DNA from: an uncultured Acidobacteriota bacterium
GTDB lineage: Bacteria; Acidobacteriota; Polarisedimenticolia; J045
DNA: 64,000 nt
NCBI GenBank assembly: GCA_963702425.1
Contig: CAVPCQ010000037.1
Span: 1-64,000 of the forward strand
Direction of reading: 5' to 3'
Shown here piece after piece: positions 16,721 through 27,701 of this stretch. A program made the translations under genes and the position numbers. Numbering within the stretch: the first letter of the stretch is position 1; each line of letters begins with the position of its first letter. The notes beneath the pieces are model-generated. The model was given only the letters and a program-made list of their open reading frames with translations. It ran no database searches and was not told where the DNA came from.

Positions 16721-17680
16721 ATGCGCGCTGCTGCCTGCCTCGTCCTTGCTCTCGTCCTCGGACTCGCGGTCGCCGGTCTCTCCGGGGAGCACGGGCTGGC
16801 GCAGGAGGCCCCCGCCGCGGACACGGCCGTCCTGCGGCAGGCGACCGAGGCGAGCTATGCGGCCGGAGACTACGCCAAGGCGCTGACGTCGGCCGAGGCG
16901 CTGCGCGACGCGCTCGAAGCGGAGCGGATCGACGTCCTCTACCGCATCGCCGGGCTCCACGCGCTGCTGGGCCGGAAGGAGCAGGCGTACGCCGCGCTGC
17001 AGCAGGCGTTCGCCGCGGGTTTCTGGGACTTCGCCGGACTCCGGAAGAACGACGATTTCAAGTCGATCCGCGACGAGGAGCGATTCCGCGCGATGGCCCG
17101 CAAGGCATGGAGCGCCCAGTACATCGCGATGCTCGAGCGCGACGACCGGGAGGAGTTCCAGAAGCCGGCCCGGGTGATGGAGACGCTTGCATTTCGCCCC
17201 GGCGAGCGGGTCGCCGACATCGGCGCCGGCTCGGGCTACTTCACGGTGCGCGTCGCCCGGGCCGTCGGGCCGACGGGCTGGGTGCTGGCGATCGACATCC
17301 GCCAGGAGATGCTCGACTACGTCGCGGCGCGGCTCGCCACCGAGAAGATCGGCAACGTGCGCCTCGCGCTCGTCCAGCCCGAGGATCCGCAGCTGCCGCC
17401 GGGCGGGATCGACACGGTGCTGATGGTCGACACGATCCACTACGTCAAGGACCTCCCGGCCTACGCGAAGAAGCTCCGGCCCGGGCTCGCCGAAGGGGGG
17501 CGGGTCGTGATCATCGATTACCGGCCGAAGCCGTGGGCCGAGCGTCCGTGGGGCCCGCCCCCCGAGCAGCAGGTGCCGCGCGAGCGGATCGACGAGGCGA
17601 TGGCGGCCGCCGGGATGAAACCGGTCCGGGCGCACGAGTTCCTCCCCGAGCAGTACTTCGTCGAGTACGCGATCCGATGA
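16721..17680 (+). CDS. Signal peptide + TPR-like helical domain + class I SAM-dependent methyltransferase
   Basis: GGAGG RBS; YRIAGLHALLGRKEQAYAALQQAF (TPR-like); VADIGAGSGYF. Confidence 0.85.
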   Translation: MRAAACLVLALVLGLAVAGLSGEHGLAQEAPAADTAVLRQATEASYAAGDYAKALTSAEALRDALEAERIDVLYRIAGLHALLGRKEQAYAALQQAFAAGFWDFAGLRKNDDFKSIRDEERFRAMARKAWSAQYIAMLERDDREEFQKPARVMETLAFRPGERVADIGAGSGYFTVRVARAVGPTGWVLAIDIRQEMLDYVAARLATEKIGNVRLALVQPEDPQLPPGGIDTVLMVDTIHYVKDLPAYAKKLRPGLAEGGRVVIIDYRPKPWAERPWGPPPEQQVPRERIDEAMAAAGMKPVRAHEFLPEQYFVEYAIR

Positions 17681-17690
17681 CGGCGCGGTC

Positions 17691-18636
17691 GTGGACGCGC
17701 TCCCCCGGCGTGCCCTGTCGCTGTTCGATGCGACCTGGCTGATCGTCGGGATCATCGTCGGGAGGGGTCTACCAGGTCGCGCCGGACGTGGCCCGCGGCG
17801 CCGTGTCGGTGGCCAGAGTGCTCGCTCTCTGGGCCGCGGGGGCGCTCCTCTCGCTCTGCGGGGCGCTCGGCTACGCCGAGCTGGCGAGCGCCTTCCGCGA
17901 CCGCGAAGGGGGCGACGTCGTCTACCTCGGCCGGGCGTACGGGCCGTGGGCCGGGTTCCTCTTCGGCTGGACGCAGCTCGCCGTCGTCCGGCCGGGCGAC
18001 ATCGCCGTCATGGCCTTCGCCTTCGCGACCTACGCCCGCGCGCTCCTCGAGCCGCTCCCCTGGGCCGTAGCGCTGATCCTGGTGCTCTTCAGCTACGGCG
18101 GCTGGAACGAGATGGCGTGCGTGGCCGCGGAGGTGAAGCAGCTGCGGGAATCGATCGTTCGGGCGCTGCTGCTGGGGATGGCGGCGGTCGCCGCGCTCTA
18201 CCTGCTGGTGAACGGCGCCTTCCTCCACGCGCTCGGCCTCGGCGGGGTGGCCGCGTCGAAGGCCGTCGCGTCGGATGCCGTGTCGATCCGGCTCCCCGGG
18301 GCAGGCAGCCGGCTGGTGGCGGCGCTGATCGTGCTCATCGTCCTGCTCGGCTCGTTCGTCGAGGCGCTGCTCTACACGGCGCCGGCGGTCTACGCTTTCT
18401 ACCTGGCCACGACGGCGGCGGTGGCCGTGCTGCGCCGCCGGGAGCCGGGGCTCGAGCGGCCGTACCGGGTCGCGCTCTACCCGCTGCCGCTCGTCGTGTT
18501 CGGCGCGGTGTGCGTCTTCCTGATCCAGGCGGCCGCGGCCTACCGTCCCGGCGTGACGGCAGCCTCTGCGGCCCTGGTCGCCCTGGGGCTTCCGCTCTAC
18601 TGGGTGACGGGCCGGCAGCCGCGGAGGCGCGGCTGA
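17691..18636 (+). pseudogene. APC-family amino acid permease, frameshifted (~17765) and internally shortened
   Basis: RALSLFDATWLIVGIIVG, shift to VYQVAPDVA, then YAELASAF..GGDVVYL, FSYGGWNE..AAEVK, RPYRV. About 315 codons, well short of a 12-TM APC protein. Confidence 0.7.
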
Positions 18637-18668
18637 AAGAAAAGGGCCGGCCCGGGGGCCGGCCCTTC
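18636..18668 (-). terminator. Rho-independent terminator of groESL
   Basis: Stem AAGGGCCGGCC/GGCCGGCCCTT followed by a U-rich tract on the minus strand. Confidence 0.8.
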
Positions 18669-18688
18669 CTGGAACCCATCAGGACTGA

Positions 18689-20338
<1,650 letters not shown>

Positions 20339-20626
20339 TTACTGAATGACGCCGAGGATCTCTTCCTCGCGCAGGATCACGTACTCCTCGCCTTCGATCT
20401 TGACCTCGTTGCCGGAGTACTTGCCGAACAGCACGCGGTCGCCCTTCTTCACGTCGAGCGCGTGGACCTTCCCCTGCTCGTCGCGTTTTCCGCTGCCGAC
20501 GGCGATGACCTCGCCCTCCTGCGGCTTTTCTTTCGCGGTATCGGGGATGATGATTCCGGACTTGGTCTTCTCCGTGCCCTCGATCCGCCTGATCAGGACC
20601 CGGTCGTGGAGCGGCTTGAGCTTCAT
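20339..20626 (-). CDS. groES: Co-chaperonin GroES
   Basis: [12 protein letters not shown]...[15 protein letters not shown]; RBS upstream. Confidence 0.99.
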   Translation of the reverse strand: MKLKPLHDRVLIRRIEGTEKTKSGIIIPDTAKEKPQEGEVIAVGSGKRDEQGKVHALDVKKGDRVLFGKYSGNEVKIEGEEYVILREEEILGVIQ

Positions 20627-20688
20627 CGTTTCGTCCCTCCTAAACAACTGATCTGTATGGTTTTGCGGTTTGCGTGGGGGAGTGTCGA

Positions 20689-20715
20689 TTAGCACTCCTC
20701 CCCAGCGACTGCTAA
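20689..20715. promoter_or_regulatory. CIRCE element (HrcA operator)
   Basis: TTAGCACTC-N9-GACTGCTAA, one mismatch to the consensus, upstream of groES. Confidence 0.92.
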
Positions 20716-20743
20716 CAGTAAGACCGGCCCCGCGGGCTGTCAA
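20715..20743 (-). promoter_or_regulatory. groESL sigma70 promoter TTGACA-N17-TACTGT
   Basis: -35 at 20743-20738, -10 at 20720-20715, abutting the CIRCE. Confidence 0.75.
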
Positions 20744-20884
20744 GAAAGACCCGGCAGCGGGGCCCCCGCATCCCGGAGTCGCCTTTGAGGTTGCGTTCAG
20801 GCGCGCCTTCGCCGCACATAACAGGCAGGAGCACGCGGTCAGGGCTTCGTTCGACCCGGGGAGAGGCGCAAGGGGGCCAGGACC

Positions 20885-22723
20885 ATGGGAGAGAAGAACG
20901 GACCGATCGTGCCGTACGATCCCGAGGCACTCGGCCTGCGCCTGTCCCACGCGGCGGAGTTGCTCGGTCTGCCGCCGCCGGAAGCTCCCGAGCTGGATCA
21001 CCTCGTCGGTGTCGTCACCCGTTGCTCGGCGCTGCTCGGCGACGTCTACACCGACGCGCGGCTGCGCGCGATCCTGGCCGACGAGCCGCGCCGCCTGGCG
21101 CGGCTCGCCGCCGCGCCGTGGTTCCGGCCGCTCGCCGGTGGTTCCGCGTCGTCCGGCGTGCTGCGCCTCTCGCGGTTGCCGGACGAGGTCCGCGGCGTCG
21201 GCGACAAGGCGCTCTTCGACGTCGCGCTGACCGGCCGCTCGGCCGTGCGCGGAGTCTCGCTCGAGGACCTCGGGCCGCGCGCCTACCGGCTTGCGGCGGA
21301 GGTGCTCGAGGTCCTCGCCGACGACGCGCGCCTGCGCGAGCACTTCCTGTCCGGCGCTCCCGGCCGGCCCGGCCCGATCCGCACGCTCGAGGAGGAGGTC
21401 TCGTTCCTGCGGCGCTGCGCGGAGCGTTTCGACGTCTACTCGCGGCTGCTGCGGCACGCGGGGGACGATGTACCGCACGACTCCGTCCCGCCGACCTTCC
21501 TGACGCGGGCCCTCCCGGCTCCGGCGCCGTCCGCCGCGGCTCCGCTGCCGGTCCCGCTGCGCCGCCCGGCGCCCCGCCTCGTCGAGCGGGGCCTGGGCCG
21601 CGACCAGCTGCTCACCGCCTACGAGCGCCTGCTGCTGTTCGCCGGGCTCGATCTCGAGGAACTTCGGGCGGAGCTGGCGGCGGAGGTCGTCGACCAGCCC
21701 GAGGCGGTCGCGACCCTGATCGACGATTTCGCGCTCTACGCGGTCGGCACCCAGAACCTCGCGCGGCCGGCAAGCTACTTCCTCGTCGGGCCGACCGGGG
21801 TGGGTAAGAACTACCTGGTCGAGCGGCTCGCCGCGGCGCTCTCGCGGCGCTGGGAGACCGAGGTCCCGCTGCTGACGATCGAGGGCCCGAACTACACCTA
21901 CCCCTCCGACATCAACGAGCTGCGAGGTGCGACGCGCGGCTTCGTCCGGTCCGAAGAGCCGGGGCTCCTGACCTCGTTCCACGAGCGCGCAGCCGCGGCC
22001 CCGCTGTCGGTGATCCTGATCGACGAGGTCGAGAAGGCGCACCCGCAGCTGATCCGCTTCTTCCTCTCGATTCTCGACCGCGGCACGACGACCGACGCCC
22101 ACGGCAACGAGCTGTCGTTCGCCGGCTCGCTGATCTTCTTCACCTCGAACATCGGCCACGAGGCCGCGTCCCAGGGGACGAGCCGGCCGATCGGGTTCGG
22201 CGGCGAGGAGGAGGCCGAGGCGGCCTACCGCGCGGAGCTTTCCCACTCGCTCAAGCGCGCGCTGCCGCCGGAGTTCATCAACCGGGTCAAGCTGGTCCGC
22301 TTCCGCCACCTGCCGCGCTCCTCGGCCGAGCGGATCGTCGAGCTGGAGTTCGGGAAGATCGCCGCGCGCTACCGCGAGCTGCACGGTGTCGAGCTGGCCC
22401 TGACCGCCGCCGGCCGCGAGGCGCTCCTGGCTCGCGGGTACTCGCACGAGTACGGCGCACGGCACCTCGCGGCCGTGCTGCAGCGGACCTGCAACGTGGA
22501 GATCGGCCGGATGCTGCGCCGCGACGAGGCGCAGCCCCACGGCGTGGCGCGCGCGCTGATCGAGCGGCTGCGCGAAGCGCGCGGGACCGAGGGGCCGGTC
22601 GACCTCTCCGCGCTGGAGCACGAGGTCCACGAGGCGGCGCGAGCCCGCGTCGGCTACGCGCGGATCCTGGTCGACGCGGAGCAGGGCGAGATCGTCTACC
22701 GCCGGGAAGAGGGGCTCCCGTGA
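20885..22723 (+). CDS. Clp/Hsp100-type AAA+ ATPase with a single (D2-type) module and an uncharacterised helical N-domain
   Basis: Walker A GPTGVGKN, Walker [22 protein letters not shown] loop, PEFINRV, YGARHL. No D1 module and no Clp_N repeats. Confidence 0.85.
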   Translation: MGEKNGPIVPYDPEALGLRLSHAAELLGLPPPEAPELDHLVGVVTRCSALLGDVYTDARLRAILADEPRRLARLAAAPWFRPLAGGSASSGVLRLSRLPDEVRGVGDKALFDVALTGRSAVRGVSLEDLGPRAYRLAAEVLEVLADDARLREHFLSGAPGRPGPIRTLEEEVSFLRRCAERFDVYSRLLRHAGDDVPHDSVPPTFLTRALPAPAPSAAAPLPVPLRRPAPRLVERGLGRDQLLTAYERLLLFAGLDLEELRAELAAEVVDQPEAVATLIDDFALYAVGTQNLARPASYFLVGPTGVGKNYLVERLAAALSRRWETEVPLLTIEGPNYTYPSDINELRGATRGFVRSEEPGLLTSFHERAAAAPLSVILIDEVEKAHPQLIRFFLSILDRGTTTDAHGNELSFAGSLIFFTSNIGHEAASQGTSRPIGFGGEEEAEAAYRAELSHSLKRALPPEFINRVKLVRFRHLPRSSAERIVELEFGKIAARYRELHGVELALTAAGREALLARGYSHEYGARHLAAVLQRTCNVEIGRMLRRDEAQPHGVARALIERLREARGTEGPVDLSALEHEVHEAARARVGYARILVDAEQGEIVYRREEGLP

Positions 22724-23418
22724 GCCCGGGAACCGTCCCGCGCCCCGCGGCTCCGCTGATCGACCAGCTCGCGCGGCTGATCGAGGCGACCTACGACATC
22801 GATTCCGGAACGGTGCCGCTGGGACGCTTCGTCGTCGGCGATCGCGGCCACGCGCGGCTCACGGCCGGCCGCCGGGTGCGGCAGGCGATCGGCCACGACG
22901 GCCGCGGGGCGGCGATCCTGCTGCGCCCGCTCGAGGACGGCGAACACTGGGCCGCGGCGGTCTACCTGCCGGACGCGCTGGTCCTGCACCTCGAGCGGCA
23001 CGATCCGCGGCGCGCGCTCTCGGACGCCAATGCCGACGGCTTCGCCACGCTGGTGGAGGAGGTCGACCACCTCGTGACGCTCGCCGAGCGCAGCGCGTCC
23101 GGCGCGGCGACCACGCTGCTCGAGCTGGAGTGGCACGCGGCGGTCACGAAGTACCTGGTGCTGGCGCACTTCGCCGGGCGCCTGTCGGGCCGCCCGCTCG
23201 ACGCCGCCGCGCGGGCCTTCGTCGAGGGGCACGTCTTCCACCGCGCGGAATTCGCCGACCCGGACCCGGCGATCCGCGCGCGCTACCGCGAGGCGCACCG
23301 CCTCGGATATCGCTTCGTGCGCGACCTCGCGCGGCAGGGGCCGACCGAGCGTGTGGCGTGCCTCAGGCGCTTTCATCGCGCATCGGCGAGGCAGAAGATC
23401 GAGCGTTACGCGGGCTAG
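22720..23418 (+). CDS. Uncharacterised protein with an EExxH...E motif (zincin-like?)
   Basis: GTGA overlap with the AAA+ gene; LVEEVDHL...[14 protein letters not shown]. Confidence 0.75.
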   Translation: MSPGTVPRPAAPLIDQLARLIEATYDIDSGTVPLGRFVVGDRGHARLTAGRRVRQAIGHDGRGAAILLRPLEDGEHWAAAVYLPDALVLHLERHDPRRALSDANADGFATLVEEVDHLVTLAERSASGAATTLLELEWHAAVTKYLVLAHFAGRLSGRPLDAAARAFVEGHVFHRAEFADPDPAIRARYREAHRLGYRFVRDLARQGPTERVACLRRFHRASARQKIERYAG

Positions 23419-23485
23419 CGAATCCCGCACGACCGAGTGCCCGGCCCGGTCCGGGAGGACCGCGGTGGCGCCTTCGCCGCTCCCG

Positions 23486-24916
23486 CTACTTCTTCTCCGC
23501 CGGGTCGATGTACCCGAGCGAGCGCAGCCGCTCGATCAGCTCCGGGTCCTCGGGATCGGTTTCCTTCTGCGCCGCGGTGTAGCGTGGCCAGGCCGCGACC
23601 GCCTGCTCCAGCAGCGCGGTCAACCGGTCGCGCACGGCGGCGTTGGAGGTGGCGAGATTCTGCCGTTCCTGCGGATCGGCGACGAGGTCGAACAGTTCGG
23701 TGGTCTGCCGCGGAGCGACGCGCCGGTAGAGCTTGTAGCGCCCCACGCGCACCGCCGCCTGGTCCTTGTTGGCGCGGTTGAGTTCGAGCAGCACCGGCGC
23801 TTCCGCGGTCCTCGGAGCCAGCAGGCTGGGGCGATCGACGCGCGGCGGACGTGGCAGGCCCGCCGCGTCGAGCAGGGTCCCGAAGAGATCCGTGTTGCTC
23901 ACGGGTGTCGAGATGCGGCGCCCGCTCGTCGAGCCGGGCAGGCGGATCAGCAGCGGCACGCGCGTCTCCTCGTCGTAGAGCGAGTTGCCGTGCCCGATCC
24001 AACCGCGGTTCATCACCGTTTCTCCGTGATCCGAAGTGATCGCCACCACCGCGCTCGCGACCACCGGCAGGTCGCGGAAGAGCCGCCGCAGCTCGGCGTC
24101 GACGTAAGCGATCTCGCTGTCGTAGAGGGCCCACAGCGCGGCCCGCATCAGCGGGGAGTCGTTGGCGGCGAGGGCCTCGTTCAGGAGCGCCTCCTGCTCG
24201 ACCCCGGCGCAGCGCCGCAGCCACTCGGCGTCGGCGCCGTACGCATCGATCCAGGGTGCGTGGGGAAGGTAGGGTCCGTGGGGATCGAAGTAATGCAGCC
24301 ACAGCAGGAGCGGTTTGCCGGGCGGGCGCGCCGCGACCAGCTCCCGGGCGGCGTCGTTGACCGCCTGCGCGTCCTTCCACGGCATGACCCGGAAGCGGTC
24401 GAAGCCCTGCGAGAAGCCGGTGCGCCGCACGAGATGGGCGTTGCTCGTGACGCCGATCGTCTCGTAGCCGGCGGCCTGGAAGGCCTCGGCGATCGTCGTG
24501 AACCGGGCGTCGAGCACCTGCTGGTTGAAGGCCTTGCCGTTGCGGATCGTGCCCTTGATGACGCCGTGCGCGCGCGGCGGCAGGCCGGTGAAGAGCGAGG
24601 CCATCGAGGGCGGCGTCCAGGACGACGCCGCGTAGGCAGCGTCGAACACGACCGACGTGCGGGCCAGTTCCTCGAGGAAGGGCGTCGTGGGGTGCGGCGA
24701 CCCGTAGAGCGAGCAGCGGTCGGTTCGCAGGGTGTCGATGCTGATGAACACCACGTCGGGCAGGGCGCGCGCCGGCGCCGGCGCCTTCGCCGGAGGGGCG
24801 GGGGTCGCCGGCCTGCCGGACGACCCGGGCCCAAGCGACGCTGCGGCGATCGCGAGCAGGATCGCGGCCCTGCGCAGGTGGCGGGTGGCTGACCCGGATC
24901 GCGCGTTACGTTGCAT
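23486..24916 (-). CDS. Exported sulfatase/alkaline-phosphatase-superfamily hydrolase
   Basis: ISIDTLRTD, SWTPPSMASLFTG, HYFDPHGPY, TSDHGE, ERLRSLGY. Confidence 0.88.
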   Translation of the reverse strand: MQRNARSGSATRHLRRAAILLAIAAASLGPGSSGRPATPAPPAKAPAPARALPDVVFISIDTLRTDRCSLYGSPHPTTPFLEELARTSVVFDAAYAASSWTPPSMASLFTGLPPRAHGVIKGTIRNGKAFNQQVLDARFTTIAEAFQAAGYETIGVTSNAHLVRRTGFSQGFDRFRVMPWKDAQAVNDAARELVAARPPGKPLLLWLHYFDPHGPYLPHAPWIDAYGADAEWLRRCAGVEQEALLNEALAANDSPLMRAALWALYDSEIAYVDAELRRLFRDLPVVASAVVAITSDHGETVMNRGWIGHGNSLYDEETRVPLLIRLPGSTSGRRISTPVSNTDLFGTLLDAAGLPRPPRVDRPSLLAPRTAEAPVLLELNRANKDQAAVRVGRYKLYRRVAPRQTTELFDLVADPQERQNLATSNAAVRDRLTALLEQAVAAWPRYTAAQKETDPEDPELIERLRSLGYIDPAEKK

Positions 24917-24986
24917 GAGGGGCGGATTATGTTGGGCGATACCGCGGGCGGCAACCAACCGGCCCCCCGGGACCTCGCACGACTCG

Positions 24987-26033
24987 TCACGCGCCGCCGA
25001 GCGCGTCCAGCAGCCGCCCCGCCCCGTGCCGCACCGGGTCGCAGCAGGGAAGGCCGGTCTCGTCCTCGAGGGCCCGGGCCGCGCGCTTCGCCGCCGCATC
25101 GTCTTCGAGGTGGAAGGTGTTGAGCGCGATCGCCGCGGTCCTCGGCCGCGGGAACGTCCGGCAACTGGCCGCCAGGTCCTCGTAGAGCCGGGCCAGTTCC
25201 GCGAGGGGAGGGATCGCGATCTCCGGGATCCGGGCCAGCGTCCGCTGCCCGGCCCGGTGGCAGAGCACCAGGTGCGTCGGCATCGCCCCGCGCAGCAGCG
25301 GCAGCGTCGCGGTGCTGGCCGGGTGGACGAGCGAGCCCTGGCCTTCGACCAGCACCAGCGCCGCGTCCGCGCAGGCCAGCACCTCGCGCTCGATCGCACC
25401 GCAGGCGTAGTCGAGGCGCACCGCGTCGAGCGCCACACCGCGGCCGGCGATCGCGATCCCGATCTGGCCGGTGGCGACGAACGCCGCGTCGATCCCGCGC
25501 GCCCGCGCGGCGCGCAGGACCTCGAGCGCGGCGGACATCTTGCCGATCGCCATGTCGCTGCCGACGAAGACGACGCGCCGGTTCGGGAGCCGCGCCGCTG
25601 CGCCGGTCGCGACCGTCAGCCCCTCCGGCTCGACGCGCATGTCCCAGATCCGCTGCCCCGGTCGCAGTGCGGGATGGCGCGGCGCCAGCCGGTCGTGCAG
25701 CCCGTTGACGATCGACAGCCCGAGCCCGACCGCTTCGTCGATCACGCCCCACCAGGCCTCGGGCACGCGGCCGCCGGGCGGCGCTATGCCCAGTACGAGG
25801 ACCTCGGCGCCCAGCGCGCGCGCCTCGGCCAGCGTGGCGACGATCGGCGCCGACCGCGGGATGCGCGTGACCTCCCGTGCGTCACGGCCGGCCGCCTCGG
25901 AGTCGATCACGCAGGCGATCGGGTTCGGGGAGTAGCGCAGCAGGCCGAACCCCATCTTCCCCGCGGGCTGCCGCGTGCTCGCCTCCATGTAGAGGGCGAG
26001 CGGCAGCGTCGGGTCCAGCAGCGACTCAGGCAC
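24987..26033 (-). CDS. DUF1611 domain protein (DgcN-like N-acetyltransferase family)
   Basis: GKMGFGLLRYS, VNGLH, GSDMAIGKM, TGQIGI, VEGQGSL; adjacent to the epimerase. Confidence 0.88.
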   Translation of the reverse strand: MPESLLDPTLPLALYMEASTRQPAGKMGFGLLRYSPNPIACVIDSEAAGRDAREVTRIPRSAPIVATLAEARALGAEVLVLGIAPPGGRVPEAWWGVIDEAVGLGLSIVNGLHDRLAPRHPALRPGQRIWDMRVEPEGLTVATGAAARLPNRRVVFVGSDMAIGKMSAALEVLRAARARGIDAAFVATGQIGIAIAGRGVALDAVRLDYACGAIEREVLACADAALVLVEGQGSLVHPASTATLPLLRGAMPTHLVLCHRAGQRTLARIPEIAIPPLAELARLYEDLAASCRTFPRPRTAAIALNTFHLEDDAAAKRAARALEDETGLPCCDPVRHGAGRLLDALGGA

Positions 26034-27063
26034 GGAGCGCCCCGCCGTGGCCCGGCCGCTCGAGCGGCGCGACGACGCCGTCCGCGAGCGGCGCCCCCTC
26101 CGCCGGGTCGGGTGCGAGGTTGAGGTGCGAGTCGAGATCGAGATGGTCGAACAGCGCGCCGAGCGAGGCCCCGGCCGCGATCGCCACCGACGACTCGCTC
26201 ATGCAGCCGAGCATCGTCGACAGGCCGTGCGCCCGCGCCGCGGCGACGATCCGGAGCGCTTCGGTCACCCCGCCGCACTTCATCAGCTTGAGGTTGAGTC
26301 CGTCGACGCGGTCGGCGAGCCGCGGGACGTCGCCTGCCACGCGGCAGCTCTCGTCGGCGAAGATCGGCAGCGTGCGGCGCGCAAACAGGCGCGGCAGGTC
26401 GTCCTCACGCCCCTCGGCCAGCGGCTGCTCGACATAGTCGACGCCGCGCTCGGCCAGCCAGCGATCCATCGCGACCGCCTCGTCCACCGTCCAGCCGCCG
26501 TTGGCGTCGACCCGCAGCCGGACGCCGAATGGCGCCGCCGCCTCGGCCGCGGCGGCGAAGTGGGCGCGGTCGTGCTCGCGCCCCTCGGGCGAGCCGAGCT
26601 TGATCTTCAGCGCCCGCGCACCGGTGCGGCCGAGAATCTCCGGCACCCGCTCCCGGGTGACCGCGGGCGGGTTGAGCCCGATCGTGACCGAGGTCGGCAC
26701 CGTCGGCCGCGGCAGGCCGAGCAGGACGCGCAGCGGCAGCCCGGCCCGCTTCGCCAGCAGGTCCCAGAGCGCGACGTCGAGTGCCGCCATCGCCGGCGGG
26801 TCGATCTCCCGGGCGCGCATCGCGGCCCATGTCGCCTGAGGCCCGGCGGCCAGGTCGAACGCTGCGGCGAAATCCGAGAGCTGCGCCTGCCCGCGCTCCG
26901 CCGTCCAGTCCGAGGCGACGGCCGGCGCCAGTTCGCCGACCCCCTCGTGCGACCCGTCCGAGGCGAAGACGAAGAGGTTCGAGGACCCGGCCTGCGTCCC
27001 GCGGCTGATCGCCAGCGGGTAGCGCTTGACCAGCGCGATCGTGCGAAAAGCCAGGCGGATCAT
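26026..27063 (-). CDS. Enolase-superfamily dipeptide epimerase (L-Ala-D/L-Glu epimerase / DgcA-like)
   Basis: LKIKLG, VDANGGW, EQP, ADES, KLMKCGG, DLDSHL. Confidence 0.9.
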   Translation of the reverse strand: MIRLAFRTIALVKRYPLAISRGTQAGSSNLFVFASDGSHEGVGELAPAVASDWTAERGQAQLSDFAAAFDLAAGPQATWAAMRAREIDPPAMAALDVALWDLLAKRAGLPLRVLLGLPRPTVPTSVTIGLNPPAVTRERVPEILGRTGARALKIKLGSPEGREHDRAHFAAAAEAAAPFGVRLRVDANGGWTVDEAVAMDRWLAERGVDYVEQPLAEGREDDLPRLFARRTLPIFADESCRVAGDVPRLADRVDGLNLKLMKCGGVTEALRIVAAARAHGLSTMLGCMSESSVAIAAGASLGALFDHLDLDSHLNLAPDPAEGAPLADGVVAPLERPGHGGALRA

Positions 27064-27082
27064 CGCCCCCTCCGGGCCCCCC

Positions 27083-27693
27083 TCACGCGAGCTTGGCCAC
27101 CCTCACCTGCGCCGGGCGGATGACCTGCCCGCCCAGCGCGTAGGCCGGGCGGTATTCCTCGACGACCAGATCGTTCTGGTCCGGATCGGCAGTCGGGACG
27201 ACCGCCACCGCTTCGGCGGTCGCGGGATCGAACGGCAGTCCGATCGTCGCGACCCGCTCCAGCCCCTCCGCCGCCAGCGCGTCGTGCAGCTGGCGCAGCG
27301 ACAGCGCGAGGCCGGCCTTGAGCGGTCCGTCGTCGGCGTGCTCCATCGCCAGGTCGAGGTGGTCCAGCGCGGCGAGCACGCCGCCGAAGGCGCGGGCCAG
27401 GACCTCGCGCACGCGCAGCGCCTGGTCGCGTTCGAGCCGTGCACGGGCATTCTCGAGGTCCTGCTGCGCGGCACGGAACGCGTCCGCCACCTCGCGCAGC
27501 TTGGCCTCGGCCGCCAGCGCGCGGGCCTCCATCGCGTGGACCTGCCCGACCGGGACGACGAGTTCCACGGGGGCCGGCTCCGCGCCGGCTCCGGGGCCGA
27601 CGTCGGCTCGATGCCGGCCGCCTGGGCTTCGTCGTGAGATGGGTGTTCGCGGGGCCCATGGTGTCCGTGGTGTCCGTGATGCCGGTCCTTCAT
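27083..27693 (-). CDS. grpE: GrpE nucleotide exchange factor; probable 1-nt frameshift near 27585 separates a His-rich N-terminus
   Basis: DLENARARLERD, LDHLDLA, FDPATAEAV, YALGGQVIRPAQVRVAK. The ATG at 27693, just after the degP stop, is in another frame. Confidence 0.8.
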
Positions 27694-27701
27694 GCGTCGA
27701 T

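Noticed and set aside
20627-22630. Apparent 763-aa N-terminally extended GroES
   Set aside because: Antisense read-through of the AAA+ gene. The true groES ATG is at 20626, with RBS, promoter and CIRCE upstream.
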